A stretch of 64,000 bases of DNA from Paraphysomonas bandaiensis (GCA_965644295.1 CBFFRP010000425.1:1-64000), one strand, 5' to 3'; positions 9,746 through 23,723 are shown, counted from the stretch's first letter. The notes: a model not told the origin generated them from the sequence alone. Made by a program: numbers and translations.

Positions 9746-11247
9746 ATAGCAGGACGGAGGGACAGAGCAGAGCAGGATACCGCACCCGCCGATCGTCACA
9801 GTCATGTACAGCAGGTGCCCATTTAGAGTTGAACAGTGTAAAACTATCACCAATGAATGGTACGGATCTGTTGATAGTTTAAGGAACTAACTCTTGCATC
9901 TGTCCCCGTGAAAGGTTCAACACTATCGCAGTAACACTCCACCTGAAGAAGACTCGTCAGCTATTTCTACTCGGTGCAAGCGGCATGACCAGTACCGTAC
10001 CGATAGCATGTTTGGGACCAGGTGACAGACCTTGAAACACTTATTGATGGAATGATAACAAAGTGAGAATTATATCACAATCATGAACTCACTTATCTCT
10101 GTTACTGATCTTGACATGCAAGTTGATATCATGGTAATCAGAAAGCATGGTAATGGTGTTTCGAATTTTGAAGGACAGATGCCAAGCCTCTGAAACTAGG
10201 CATTTTGTTTCTGTAGTTAATTATAGGGATCTATTATTTAGTCAATTTAGTATAGCTTACTAGTCAATCCAAAATTACAACATTACTCTTTACATCTAAT
10301 TTGGGTAAGCCTTCATCAACAAATCAAAAAGGGATCCAAGTACGACTCCCCTGGTGTGTGGCTTGTCCATGCACAACAAGGTGACTTCTTCTCACAACAA
10401 GCTGGACTATTATGATCAACTTAGCGTAATATAAATGAATTAGTTTATATGTGTCATGTGCAAACTTCAACTGCAGAACTCAGATAATGATACTAAATAC
10501 GATTACTATTACAGTCCATACACAAACGGTAACACTGCAGAATTCGGTACTAACTGAGTAATTGTATTCCGTCATATTTAGTACGTAACACGTAGTTAAA
10601 ACTCAGAACGGTATAGTTATCCAAATTCAATTCGTAAGCGACTTCAGAACATGAACCCATTAAACGTATCAGCATCCTTTGTATATTTTTGTTCAAGGGT
10701 GCCTCTAATATTGAGACAACAACTATCTGTATAACGTAGTTGTATCACAGTAATGTAGAGTATGTTTCCTTCAATTTATTCCCGAAAAGTAACATGCTGA
10801 CTGCCGATACGAAAGGAACAAGTACATTTATTCATCTATTTCGCAATTAATTGATACACAGCACTGCAAAGTGGACAATTCAGAGCTGTATTTTCATGTG
10901 TTCAAGTTATGACCGTTAGTATAAGAATATAAAGTAGAACAAGCATTATTTCATGAATTAATGATATGATAAGAATTATGTTAGTGAAACTGAAATTGTA
11001 ATATTAGAATAGCCAGAGTTAATTACCCTGGTATTACAAAATATAGTGACTGTGTATGATCGGTAGTATTCGAAGTATATAAATATTCCAAGGTTATTAT
11101 ACTGCCAGATAGAATACTTAGACAACACACATATTGAAGGCATCACTTGACACATCACATCCCAGTGACTACATCAGATTACTTCACTAAATTTCTTTCA
11201 GAAATTCAATGCAAGAAAACAGCAAATATATAGCACGCAACATTGTC

Positions 11248-13853
11248 TTAATGACGAGGGGTTGTAGATACTCTCAATCCATCTGCAGGTAATAGACTCA
11301 ATATACTGCTTAAAAAAATATACTTCAAACCTTTGATTGGCATGGATATTGTGCTCATATATGTCACAGTGTCCGCATCCTAGTTATTTCGCATTATACA
11401 CACAGTTACATGACATAAATATTTGCTCTACCTGCTCCAGCTTGAACGAAAACGATAACAGTAGTCTTGCCAGAACACATTTCATTTCTAAAGGGAAAAA
11501 TTAATACCATGAGTAGTAAAGAAAAACTTAATACCCAGCATGGCCAGGTTTTGACCTAGGCATATCCGAGGACCCGCCTATTGACAAGTATTACACATGC
11601 TACACTCAAGCAATGTAGATGTGACCTGGAAAGCAGTGAACTTAAATGGTGACGGCTTCGGTGTGTTGAAGAACCGATCCGGGTTGAATGCCATACAGTT
11701 CTCCCATAAGCTACATATTCCTCATTACAATTTCATTGGAGCCACTTAATATCGAAATACCTCTCAGTTCGGCCCATTAACCAAGGACAAAATATAACCA
11801 AATACCCTACATATAGACCATAACTTTAATATTTTCATTCTATCTACACACCTTTGGGAACAAATGTGCCATCCGGGAGGGTGTCATCTTTCAGAGCAAA
11901 CCTGTTGTCATAATTTATCAGCCATGATACAAATTTAGATCGGTCAGTTACTTGGCTTCTTTAGGAACAGATGGATAGAGACGTAGCACCTGTAATGCAT
12001 ATACTTGAATATAAATTCCTTAGGTCCGTAATCACTGAATACCTCCATACAGAAAGCTTCCAGATATTTCATTTCTTGGAGGCACTCATACGAGAGGCGT
12101 AAAGAGGGATCTTTATGGGACAAATTGTACGACTTCAGTACAGAAACAATTTCGTTGTAAACTCTCAGCTGGATATCAGGATGAATGCAAAGGCGGTAAG
12201 TAGCCCAGCTGAGAGCCTGAAAGAAGTCACTATTAGTATATTGCGAAACATGTAATGACGAATACGACACACGTTCGCAGTTGTGTCACGCCCAGCAATT
12301 ACGAAGCTCAGCACCACATCTCTCAAGTTTTTGTCCGTGAGCTGCCCGTCATCTATCCCCACATCATTTAAATATTAATGCAAAAATTACAACTGCTTAC
12401 TTTCATCTTGCCGTTCAAGATAAAGAGACAAGAGATCGCCTTTACTTTTACTCGCGGCGCTACGTTCGGCAAACTCCTGTCTCCGTTGCCTGACGACTGA
12501 GTACGCAAACCGATTCACTCGACTTAAACTATAAAAAGAGAATTTAGTAACTGAGTTCACTAGAACTTCCTAGTCTAAATCGAAGTTGCTTAGGGTAGAA
12601 TCACTCAGAGCAGTCAACATATATTTCGCGTCACATGAACAAGACAGATAACAGTACGTACCATATATAATACCACCACCCCGCGGGGGTAAAGAATCGC
12701 TTTAATCTCCATAGTGGATCCATAAAAGACTGGGAAGAATTCACAGTAAATAAGTAAACAAATACTGACGAAGAAAGCTTTCATCGCACCTCATTGATCT
12801 GCGCTTGACAATAGTCGAATGCATCAGCAAATATTACCCTAGCAATCACAACTTAGGAAGTATTTTGGGGAACCCACAAAGTCACCTCTTCTGCGTCATT
12901 GTGCCCAGTTCTTGACCGAAGGCAATCTATGAGATCAGATCATACTTAATTCATTGAACTTACGCAAAGAGATATCTGTACCTGTCCAATAGACTCAAGC
13001 GTGAACTTCATATAGAGATCCTAAGCAGGTGGTCACAACTCAAAGAGAGATATTGACTCGCTTACCTGGATATCGACTGGTTGAGATGTATTGGCCAGAA
13101 TATCTATTAGTACATTGCAGTGTGCGTTGACTGGCAATAGATTAAGGATACACCAACTGATATATATTATTACATGTGTCAAGTACTGATGACTTGAATT
13201 TGTTGAGATTGAAAAGATGAGAGGAAGTTTTGCGGTGCTTGTACCATACTTTGCCATCTGTCAGACACAATGGTATTATCGATACCACAATAAAATCCAA
13301 CAATATTAGACCTGAGTTAAATATTCCATCACCCAATAAACCATGAAACTTCTCGCTGAACAGTGGTCCTTTGCCTGCCAATTGAATACATTTAAGGATA
13401 AGCTTTCAAATGATGCTGTAGTATACCAAAAGTATCGACGTTTTTCAAGATGTAGGTGATATTGTCCACATCATTAGTAAACACTATCCATGGTAGTCCC
13501 TGGTGATATATTAGAGGGATATGGGTTGCAATATCACAGCACGCTACCAGTGTATTGAACACCCCGCATTTCTGACTTTCTGGCTTGCATTTATACTTTT
13601 CAATTAAATAATCCAAGATGACCCCACTGTTCCAGGCCAGTTCAATGGTGTTTTGGAAGGGATAGCTCTCTTTTATTATGTCACTGCGATATCTGCTGAA
13701 GTGACTGACCAGATGAAGAATGACTGTCCCAATGAGAATGGTGGCGGCAGCTATGAGGACCACACCGATCATGTTGCTGGTTAAGACCTCTATGATTACA
13801 GACAGCTGTGGGGATGTAGAATGAGAAGACCATATATCATATATAGATATCAT
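11248..13853 (-). CDS. Cytochrome P450, CYP86-clan-like (CYP704/94/5014 type), many short introns
   Basis: Spliced motifs: N-terminal TM helix, LLGDGIFNSDG.W..HRK, LRDVVLSFVIAGRDTTA, EVLRLYPSVP, FNPDRF, FTAFQAGPRICLGQNLA (heme Cys), TAA at 11250-11248. The exact start ATG is uncertain. Confidence 0.9.
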
Positions 13854-14159
13854 CGTCTACACTGCTATATATATGCATACAGTAATACAGTCATATACAC
13901 TGCTGCTCTTCCTGTCGCGATATTACGACACTTGGCACTCTGACTCAACGAGTTGAAAACCTCAGAAATAAACACAAAAATTGAAGCTTAAAATTTGTAC
14001 AAAAAAATTGGCCTCTCCTCTACAGTAGTTGTATATGTGCAGCTGTGCTGTATACGGTACATGCATGAGCTGAGTGAGAGTCAGCTTCTATTGTTCTGTT
14101 GATTAGTATTGCACAGCACTGATACCGATAAGCACCACTCATACCAGTGATATCCACCC

Positions 14160-15971
14160 ATGTCAGTGAGAGCTGTCGTTGCACTGGTGATGCTCTGGGC
14201 CTCAGCTCGAGCTGATTTTGATTCTTGTAATGTGATTGAGCCTTCAATGCTGTTTGATTTCGTCAACTCTTCTGCTCATAGCAGACAGAGCGCTATATGC
14301 GACGATATTTCTACGGTCTATGGGCCTAGGCTTGGAGTTGGGATAGTGACTCCTATGCGATCGGCTAAGACTAACCACTCCACATACGCGCTGGCTGTTA
14401 ATGAGTACTATGCGAGGAGACATGGCTATGCATTTAGAATCGAAAATTTAGAATCGGATGAAGGAGATATTGAGCATTTTCGCATGTCTTGGGATGCGGT
14501 CAAGTATCTGCGTGAGGCTTTGAAAGGCTGGGCGAAGGACCTCGACTATGTGGCATATCTTGGACCAGACGCAGTGTTTATAGACTTAGACGTTAGGATC
14601 GAACAATTGCTTGTGAAAAAGAAGAAGTCTAATGCCATATTTGTGGCTGGAGGAGCCCTTACGGGTACAATGATAAGCACGGATATTATAATTGTGAGAA
14701 ACAACTTGTGGACGACTGACACCCTTGACGATTGGTGGCATTTTAGCGATAGAAAGACCAAATCAGATACAGACACTTTTGATGACTTTTTTAAAGCATA
14801 CGAAGAAGATATTAAGGACTACATCACTATTCTACCTGCGAATTCCCTGAAGAACGACTACCCAGCAATGGCAAAAATGCGTCCCCAGAATCAGATTCTG
14901 CATCTGCCACTGGAGGTGACACAGTTCAAACGCATGGTATTTGAAGAAGCTTTTGATGTGGTGTGTCAGCATGCTTCTAACAACCCCGCCAATGAATACT
15001 ATCCCGTTCAGCTTGGTTTCTCAAGAGAAAAGCTGATGGCCTACTCTCTCCAAATATACCGTGATCTATGGGATGAGAAGTATGAATCATATTCTGCAAA
15101 AGCACCTAATGGGGACAACACTTACGAGGAGACTGAAAGATTTTCCACAGTAGCACTCCACCTATGCAGCACATTAGATAGCATTAGTCTTAAATCTGAT
15201 GCAGACAACTCGGAGCTAACGTCCAGTGCAGACTCCTTGCGCATTCGCTCTAAAACGTTCAAAAATATGTTCTTAAATTTGAAACGGTATCGCAGTCGTA
15301 TATCTGACGGATCTGCTCTATCCGCCAAGGAATTGGCAAATAGAGACAAATCCTTTGCGCCAATGCTCAAGGTTGTGCTTCGGTCTGGCCAGGACTATAT
15401 GGGCAAGGTAAAGGACCAAAAGGACCGTAAGGTGGCTGTCAAAGTGGTCCGTGAGATTCTCGAAGATTTGCTCGAAATCAAGGAGAACGATGCAGAAACT
15501 CAGGAAGCTCTGGTAAACATGAATGTAGACCTTGGGATGATTAATATGAACGAAAGGAAGTACAATGCTGCGCTGAGTGATTTTCTAGCCGGGTTACGCG
15601 TTGCACGCCGTGTGGGTGCAGTTATTGGAGACCAGGTAGTGCTTGCACCTGCTAGTCAAGCGGCCGATGCCATGGTAATGCTGAACAGATTCGAGGAGGC
15701 GGTTGTTCTGTACGATACGGTGGTTGGGTTGGCTAAGAAGCATCATGGGGAGGATGACATAACAACTGGGTTAATTATGACTCAAGCGGCTATGGCCAAT
15801 CATTACTACAATAAGCACAAGAAAGCCCACAAGCTTATTGATTCTGCCCTTCAAATATTCAATTCCTTTGGACAGGATAAAGTAGACTCGTCAATATATC
15901 AGCATGCTTTGGACCTGTATAAGAAGACTGAAAACCGGAAGGACGAAGAGTATATCGAAAATGAGTTGTAG
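14160..15971 (+). CDS. Secreted/ER protein: GT34 (GMA12/MNN10)-like domain + C-terminal TPR-like helices
   Basis: Signal peptide; YYARRHGYAF, W..VKYL, YLGPDAVF, IIIVRN..W....DDWW resemble the GT34 pattern; TPR-like C-terminus; ends ENEL; single exon. Confidence 0.7.
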   Translation: MSVRAVVALVMLWASARADFDSCNVIEPSMLFDFVNSSAHSRQSAICDDISTVYGPRLGVGIVTPMRSAKTNHSTYALAVNEYYARRHGYAFRIENLESDEGDIEHFRMSWDAVKYLREALKGWAKDLDYVAYLGPDAVFIDLDVRIEQLLVKKKKSNAIFVAGGALTGTMISTDIIIVRNNLWTTDTLDDWWHFSDRKTKSDTDTFDDFFKAYEEDIKDYITILPANSLKNDYPAMAKMRPQNQILHLPLEVTQFKRMVFEEAFDVVCQHASNNPANEYYPVQLGFSREKLMAYSLQIYRDLWDEKYESYSAKAPNGDNTYEETERFSTVALHLCSTLDSISLKSDADNSELTSSADSLRIRSKTFKNMFLNLKRYRSRISDGSALSAKELANRDKSFAPMLKVVLRSGQDYMGKVKDQKDRKVAVKVVREILEDLLEIKENDAETQEALVNMNVDLGMINMNERKYNAALSDFLAGLRVARRVGAVIGDQVVLAPASQAADAMVMLNRFEEAVVLYDTVVGLAKKHHGEDDITTGLIMTQAAMANHYYNKHKKAHKLIDSALQIFNSFGQDKVDSSIYQHALDLYKKTENRKDEEYIENEL

Positions 15972-16638
15972 ATCTGATCAGGGATTAGTTAGTGGGTGTA
16001 TCAATTCAAAATTAAATCAGTACTAATAATTCTACTTATTGGTGAGTAGAAGTGCGCTCGCAATCAAATTCAATAATCCTGTTTTTTAACGCTCCTCCCG
16101 CTTGTAAAATCTATAGCGTCAACAAACTAGCCTCGAGTTTTGTCGTTGAAGAAATTTAAACTAAACAATGCAGAACTAATTAAACGAAACCTTCAAAATT
16201 ACGTGTTTATGTATTCTGAGTGCATAGTAAAGTGTACACTGTACGTACTTTACACGTTCCTCACACCGAGCTGTTTTAGTGTTGATGAAATGTCTCCTAT
16301 CTCAGCTAACTACCCTCATATTTTTACTTATTATCACATCTTTACATCTTTACGCACCTTTGAACCAATGATCATTTTTGACTTTGATATCATTGCTGCT
16401 TTCACGTTTTTCATGTTGGCGTATTTTGTACTGTCTGGTAATAATATAAGAACAGAGCAGAAATATTAGTGCCACACCACCTACTGATACCACATTACTA
16501 CTCAAGACTCAAGATACGTGCCATAGAGTATTGCTACTGCCATGTCAGTGATATATAAATAATATGTATAGAAAACGTAGAATTATCCTGTCTATACGGA
16601 ATAGTTCGGAAGTTTTGATATAAGGTACTAATTTGAAT

Positions 16639-16874
16639 CAGGGTTAGGAAACAATATATTGTAATACTATTTTTAGATATAGCGTCCCATCAATAAAAAT
16701 AATATTACGATACTTTTATATTTGACCCAACAACTTTTGCGATATATCATGAATCGGCAATGATATAGATATATGTATATTCCTACTTCATTTCGGGTTA
16801 ACAAAATCACGATACCAGAAGGCCACAACGCTGGTAAACAAAGGAAACAAAGGCTACCTAGTACAGCTTTTAAT
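16639..16874 (+). mobile_element. Older hAT-like family B copy (left end), interrupted by the element at 16875; continues at ~17684-17850
   Basis: TIR variant cagggttaggaaacaatatattg at 16639. Flanks 16684-16745 and 17790-17845 match 55410-55480 and 55593-55650. Confidence 0.6.
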
Positions 16875-17675
16875 CAGGGCTAGGAAACAATATATTGAAT
16901 TGCAATACATTGTACAATATATTGCAATATATTGTAAAATATACTGATTGGTCGACCGGCCAAAAACCCCATCAATGTTGTTTCTGTTAAATTAGCTCAC
17001 AATATATTGCAATATATTGCAATCAATATTATGATAGTCATATAAGAGAAGATTCTCAACTGTAGGGTGCAAAATGGATATAAATAACCGAGAAATTGAT
17101 TACAACATTACAAAGGATAATGAAGCTGATGTTGACTATGCGACTAAAAACCTTCAGTCATCTCAAAAAATTTAGAAACGTACAGGTCCACGAGTCGTTA
17201 ACGGTTATCAGGCCCTGGTATGTACTTCCAATACATGGGAACGTCTGTTCAGCGCAGCTAAAAATATTATTATATCAGTGTTGCGCAATAGTATCCATCC
17301 TACTTAATATGCTGTTGTTTCTGAAAGCTATTCGACAGTTGTGGCCGGATACTAGCATATTTCGATTAATACTGTGGATGAATATGGTGATGTTGACTTC
17401 ACCAATGATGGCTCAGAGGATGAGGAAGAGGCGGATTTTTATTAGCTATAAGCAGTAGTTGGTTTCGTTGTCATGTGATCTTAATGACTAACACTAAAAG
17501 TGGAGTCTACGGATATGTTTACTTACTGATTAGTCATACTAATATATTGCAATACATTGACAATAAATTGCAATATATTGTAATTGTATTGTTTGGCCTG
17601 TTTAAAATCTCCATCAATAGTATTGATGGAGCGCTCTCTAACAATAGTATTGCAATATATTGTTTCCTAGCCCTG
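16875..17675. mobile_element. hAT-like non-autonomous element (MITE), family B, 801 bp
   Basis: 23-bp TIR cagggctaggaaacaatatattg / caatatattgtttcctagccctg; perfect 8-bp TSD cttttaat (16867-16874, 17676-17683); subterminal caatatattg repeats. Confidence 0.92.
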
Positions 17676-17868
17676 CTTTTAATTAATCACATTTTTTCTC
17701 ATACTCATCGTCTTGGCCATAATCGGTGAGATCATCATCACGGCATTTATTCAAAGCTATCCGGCCACAAGCATCAATTAGCCTTCTAAAACAACATCAT
17801 ATTAAGTGTAGTAGGATGCATCCTCATGGGCAACACTGAGAAACAACCGTGAGTCGTGTATATATAGT

Positions 17869-18088
17869 CAATAGCCAGCAGATATTGTTCTGCCTACTCC
17901 TAGCTAGCCTAATGCTTGTGTGGTGCAACAACAGGGGACACGAATAAATGTCACTTGTGTTGACGTCTTTGGGCCCTGACGAAAAAGCAGGCATCCGGGA
18001 ATGTGGGCCTACCTCAAGGACATTCGGGTATGAGCCCACATGAAAGCTCCTTGCGTTCACATCTACTGCTAATAATAAGATATTCAAC
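17869..18088 (+). mobile_element. Truncated copy of the ~500-bp retroposon family
   Basis: gtcacttgtgttgacgtctttgggccctgacgaaaaagcaggcatccgggaa core and tgctaataataagatattcaa tail. Confidence 0.85.
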
Positions 18089-19346
18089 ATACGTAGTCAA
18101 CTACATATTTTGTAGCTTATAAGAACTGTTTTTAACACTATCAACAGCAAATGCATGTTGTCAAAGATATATAACCACTAAATAAACCAGAAGTTTAAAC
18201 CGATATACTATATAAGATTCACGGTAAGTAGTTAATCAAATACACTAATTCAGTGTAGTAATTGATTCTATCAACTACCAAGCACTATAAAATAACAAGG
18301 GATACAACAAAAACAAAACATCCATCCGTAAGATTTGGTATCATCATCTAATCTCTTTTATCATGAAGTGCTTTATGTATACAGCGGCTGATTAATCAGA
18401 ATACAAACTGTGACAGCACAAGGTTCTCCATAATTATCGGTTGAAAGTTGCTTGGACCATTGTAGCTACAAGTGTTGCCGTCACAAATCAAATATAGTAA
18501 AAAATATGTCCGAGTGCAAAACGAGAGGCAGGTGCTGGTTTTCGTCAATGTATACTTCTATGACAAACATCATCATATTGCAGTGCTTGTACGTCCTTTA
18601 AAAATTCTTGCAATTATTACACCTAAACCCATATTATATTGTCCATTAGGATATAGCAGAGGTCAGCTCTCTCACTCCTTCGGCTATAGGCTCAGACAGA
18701 GGAACAATATGAGAAGTAGCACTGCAGTTGATAGCGGACACATATTCACAGGAGGCCTTCCATTTCTTAAGTTTCATGAGCAGGAATGGCATATGGGTGT
18801 CATGGGTACCATATGAGTGCTCTGTATCTTGTATATGCAGCAGCACCGTAGCAGTATCCTCTGTGTGGTGGGTGGAGACATGTGTGTGTCTGGATATGCA
18901 GCAGAGTATCTTCATGCAAAGATATCATACACTCACCCTACGGCACACCGTATACCACGATATACAACGCTGAAATATATGGAATGCTGTGAACCACCAA
19001 TTTCCCCTGTCTTATTCAAGTATGATTGGTCACAACTTCTTGCCATTTCTGAGTTATTTGATTCGTCGAAAATGTTAAACTTTGCGTCCTTTGAAGATAT
19101 CTGGCGAAGATCAGATCCAAACTGTCAGTGATACTGTGCCGTATATATGTATGTATATGTATAGTGGCTGTGTGTACATGGAGATGATACTCCACCACAT
19201 TATTATCACACTAGCATCACTCCTCGCTGTCCTCCGTATAGCTGGTCTGGATATATATCACAAAGCAAGGTAGCTTTGTTTGTATCGCAATCATTTCAGA
19301 CTCAACTTTCAGTGAAGTTAACCCCATATCCCGAGGATCGAGCAAC

Positions 19347-21718
19347 ATGACCGACACAGCTGTAATGCTCGATGACGTGACTGTGCAGGAGAAGAAGCAG
19401 AGCAGAAGAGGATCGGACTCTAATTTTAATTTGAATCATCCATATGACCTCTGCTTCGTTCTTCCTGTCGACAAGCAGTCCAAATCTTTCACTCAGGACG
19501 GCATAAGAATTGTTACAGCCATAAAGAAGTGTGGGTTCATGATCTACCAGTACTACTCTGTGCAACAAGACGAGATATTTGTTTTGGCTAGAATCGACAA
19601 CGAAAAGCTCATGATTTTTGCGGATATTATTGATTTTCAGATGTTGCTTGATTCTGCTGAGGTTGAGAGGCAGGCTGCTGCTGGAGATCCTGAAAATAAC
19701 ATTGCACCTTTTCATATCCAACATGAACCAGAAGTCACGTTTTTGACTCCATACGAGAAGATATGGGGTGAGTATTCTATTGAGCCGAGCCTACAGAGTC
19801 TGTACTGGCGTCCACCGAACTATGAGACCCCCTTCCGCGAGTCTGTTCGCCTGAAACTGTCCTTAATGCTTTTGGAGGCGCCCCCCTTTAAAGGAGGTGC
19901 TGGACTTTCTCTTAGATCTGAAAGAAAGGCTGGTCGCCTACTTAACTACTTTCCACTGCACAATCAGGAGAAACTTCAAGTGCTTTCTGCGCAGTGGCTA
20001 ACCTATGTGGCATGGCCCTGGGAACAGCCCTATGAACTCATCAAGAACTATTTCGGTGAAAAGATCGGGCTTTATTTCAAGTTTCTTGGTGAGTTGGTGT
20101 ATGCCTAATGTTTAAATGATAGGGTAATATTACTATATAACTCAAGCAATTCATATATTTTCTAGTAATCATATGTAAATTATTCAGGTCACTACACTAC
20201 TTGGTTGATGTTCCCCGCCTTTCTTGGACTGATATGCCAGCTTGTAGTTGTCGGAACGGGAGATTTCTCACATCCTATTTTGCCCTTTTTTTCACTTGTT
20301 GTGGCTATCTGGGCTGTGTTTATGCTTGAGTATTGGAAGCGTGAAGAGCGCTTTACTGCACTGGAATGGGGAATGATTGGCTTCGAGGACACCGAGCATG
20401 ACCGCCCTGAATTCTTCGGCACCCAGCAGCCCTCTTACATCGATGGTCACATGACTACTCACTTCCCTCCTAAACAGCGTGAAAGTCTAATGATCAAATC
20501 TTTCGCGGTGATTGTTTCGCTTGCTGTGGTGGTACTTGGGGCCGTGATTTGCATCTATGTCATCCGTAGTGTGCTCTATGAAACTGCTGTTGGCGAGTAC
20601 TCCCAGATCGTAGCATCTGTGATGAACTCCGTGCAAATCACAATATTCAACATCATATACTCCAAATTGGCAGATTATCTCACAGAGATTGAGAATCACA
20701 GGTGCGTTTCAAGATGTTTATATATACGTCGTCTTTGTCAATCTCTCTGTTGGCTCGGCTAAATTCGTATATTTCAGAACCGACACCAATTTTGAGGACA
20801 GCATGATTGCCAAGCTTTTCATTTTCCAGTTTGTGAACTCATATTCGTCTTTCTTTTACCTCGGTAGGCTCATGTACCCACTACATTATTTGCACATCTG
20901 AGATGGTATATACAGCTTTCGTTGCGTCCTATTTGCCAAATCCTAACGACGACGATGAAAATCTCGGGGAATGTGGCTACTCGGACTGCATGGTTGCATT
21001 GGCGATCAATCTTGGTATTATATTCGGTATACGCCTCACTTTGAGCAACGCATTAGAACTGTTGGAGCCTGTGATTAAGACCCACATAAGGAACAAAGAA
21101 GAGAATGAGGGAGCAACAAAGCCCCCTAGCACTGCCGAAGAACAACATCGTATGGAAGAGTATGACCAGCTTAAGGGGTGCCTGAACGACTACGCCGAGC
21201 TTAGTATTCAGTTTGGATACATGGCGTTCTTTATTGTTGCTTTGCCTATTGCTGCTCTCGGAGCGTTTGTCAACAACTATGTCGAGATCCGTACTGATGC
21301 CTACAAGCTACTTAAGAATTTACGCCGCCCTTTGGTGTCTGGCGTAGAGGATATTGGTACCTGGATGACTATATTTTCTCTTATCGCAAGTATCTGTGTG
21401 GTCACTAACGCTGCCCTAATTGTGTTTACAATGCAAGTTCTGACGATGTATTCCATTACACTGCGCATGTGGATATTCATTGGGTTCCAATGGCTGCTGT
21501 TCACCTTGCAGTTCATTGTGGGCATAGCCATTCCAGATGAACCTTATGAAGTGAGTATTCAGCAGCAGAGAGCTGCAGTAATTGTCGACAAACTCATAAA
21601 GAAAGTGCGTGATGATGACGATGAATCTCTTGCCTCTTCAAGCAAAGACACCACTGGTGACATGTTGAGCTTTAAGATCCAGGAGGACGAACCCGAGAGC
21701 ATGAAAAAGACTATCTAA
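19347..21718 (+). CDS. Anoctamin/TMEM16 family protein (exons 19347-20088, 20188-20701, 20778-20862, 20915-21718)
   Basis: YFPLHN, IKNYFGEKIGLYFKFLGHYT, FMLEYWKR, ENHRTDT..EDS.IAKLF.FQFVNSY, DYAELSIQFGY, NNYVEIRTDAYKL, DIGTW; GT-AG introns. Confidence 0.95.
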
Positions 21719-22279
21719 GATAGAAGTATGCGTTGGGTTGAGTGCATAGTCATTCAGTTTTGCATTGCAGGATGATATAAAGCTCTGGAGTTGCTAATTT
21801 TATTGTGCACAGAAAAGTTGTCATCCTGTACTATTTATTGATAACATTCATCATATTAATAAGAAGTGTGACAGTCCTGTCATTAGCCTCGATTTCTGTG
21901 CTACTTGAATTGCAATTGATCTTCAATACTACGATGCTAAGTAGCTAAGTAGTGTGTTGACAACAGTAAAGCTTTGCAATTAAGCTTTGTGCTCTCTCCA
22001 CCCAATATTGCTTGTGCACACGGAAATCGCTAGAGGAAATAATTGTGATCATTTCTGTATTACTGTAAATGACTAAACACTATACTCTATACTAGAATAT
22101 CATGTGAACGACACAAGAGTGACAATACTAGTCTCAGTATTATGACAATATATTGAGCACCATAGCACGCATAATATATTATATATATATAGTGTTCATG
22201 GTGCAATTCGTGGTATGCTATTTAATTAAATTAGTAATGAAGGGAGAAGGGAGCACTATACTATCTATTATTATGAGCG

Positions 22280-22388
22280 GTATTGTCTACTTTAAGTTAG
22301 TAGGTATTAATGGCCAATAACGGCCATTATTATTGCCGGGACATTTATCATTTATAAAATTTCCGGGAACTGGACTACCAATGCCCTG
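22280..22388 (-). mobile_element. Terminal fragment of hAT-like family C
   Basis: Reverse complement matches 59994-60125 (tggtagtccagttcccgg...ggccattaatacctactaacttaaagtaga). Confidence 0.7.
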
Positions 22389-22418
22389 GTGCAATAATAT
22401 GATAATTTGATAAGTAGG

Positions 22419-22770
22419 GAATGCCTGAATATTAGCAATAGCCGTGTAAGAGTCAGAACTAATGAAGCAAAACAATTTAACTAACTGGTGCTTAACTCTG
22501 ATATCCAACTGTTTAACGCTACGAAAGGTGTTTGTGTGTAACCACTTCCCCTCTATCTCGCAAGGAAACGCAGTGAGCAAGCAAAACGTTGATATATACC
22601 TGACATATTTACTAACTTCAGGATTTTTGAGTTCTTAAGGTGAACAGCTCGGATGCGTGACTTTAGTAGGCAACACAATACCCCAGATGCTCTTGAGGTG
22701 GGCTCATTCCGGGGTGCTTGACTTCTGCAGGCAGCCCAATACCCCATGCCCTTGAGACATCTACACAAGT
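22419..22770 (-). mobile_element. Retroposon family copy, older subfamily, 5'-truncated
   Basis: Reverse complement contains gggtattgggctgcctgc, gcatccgagctgttcaccttaagaactcaaaaatcctgaag and the ctattgctaatattcaggcattc tail. Confidence 0.85.
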
Positions 22771-23638
22771 AATAATATATTTATAATTATTATACAGTAA
22801 TTATAAATACAAATATGATATATATATGCGTAAAAGCTAAGTTATATACTTCAACGTTTCCCTAAAACAAAGCGTACGTAAATGATAAAGAGCATTTATA
22901 CGATATGTATCATACATACCACCAATGACCCCACCCTGAGAAACATATATACTATAGCTATACCAGTACACCATACACGTTGAAATGAAATATATATCAA
23001 TGGTGTATAATGTATAAAATGTAAAACATATATATGCATACCATCGAATGGCGGAGCCAAACAATAGTGATTAAAGATATCTGAACTGTCGTTTCTATAA
23101 TAATGCCTGGATCAATATCTTGATGAACGAGCTGGTAAAAAAGTGTTATCAAATAAATCTCAAAGTGCTTCGATTAGGGTTTAGTGCAGATAAGATTAGT
23201 GAAAATAAGCTTTTCTGCAAGACCGATTGTCGACCTCTATTTCCAACATCTTTGGGTATGATACTCTATGTCTAAGCTGAGGTTGAATCAATACTGAGAC
23301 GCCAGTATATTCGTCGTATCTTCTGTTTACATGATGGCATATATTGTATTGTAGTAAAATATAATATATAGGGAAGAAAAAGCAACAGATGTTTGAAATA
23401 ATAATGTATGTATCACAAGAAACTTTGATTTATAGTGCCACAAGAAGAAATAATACTACGAACATATATATATATGTATATATATATCAATGGTTATATA
23501 TGTTGGAATGTTTATATCATAATATACGTTATATATGTATATGTGTATAATATATATATAATATATATATATTATTAAGAGGGGGTTAGTTGTATATATA
23601 TTATATATATATAATAATAATAATATATTAAGTTAGTA

Positions 23639-23723
23639 TAAGTTGATGTGATGAACAAACCTGGAGAAACGCTCTAAACTTGGCGAAATCACTTTACCAG
23701 GTTTCACGATCACACCGACTTTA
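23639..23723. repeat. ~85-bp fold-back element (mini-MITE), degenerate left arm
   Basis: Right arm aaatcactttaccaggtttcacgatcacaccgacttta is the exact reverse complement of 25187-25224; TA-rich flanks. Confidence 0.65.

Noticed and set aside
18472-19273. Cluster of short ORFs upstream of anoctamin
   Set aside because: No motifs, overlapping frames and low-complexity promoter-like sequence.
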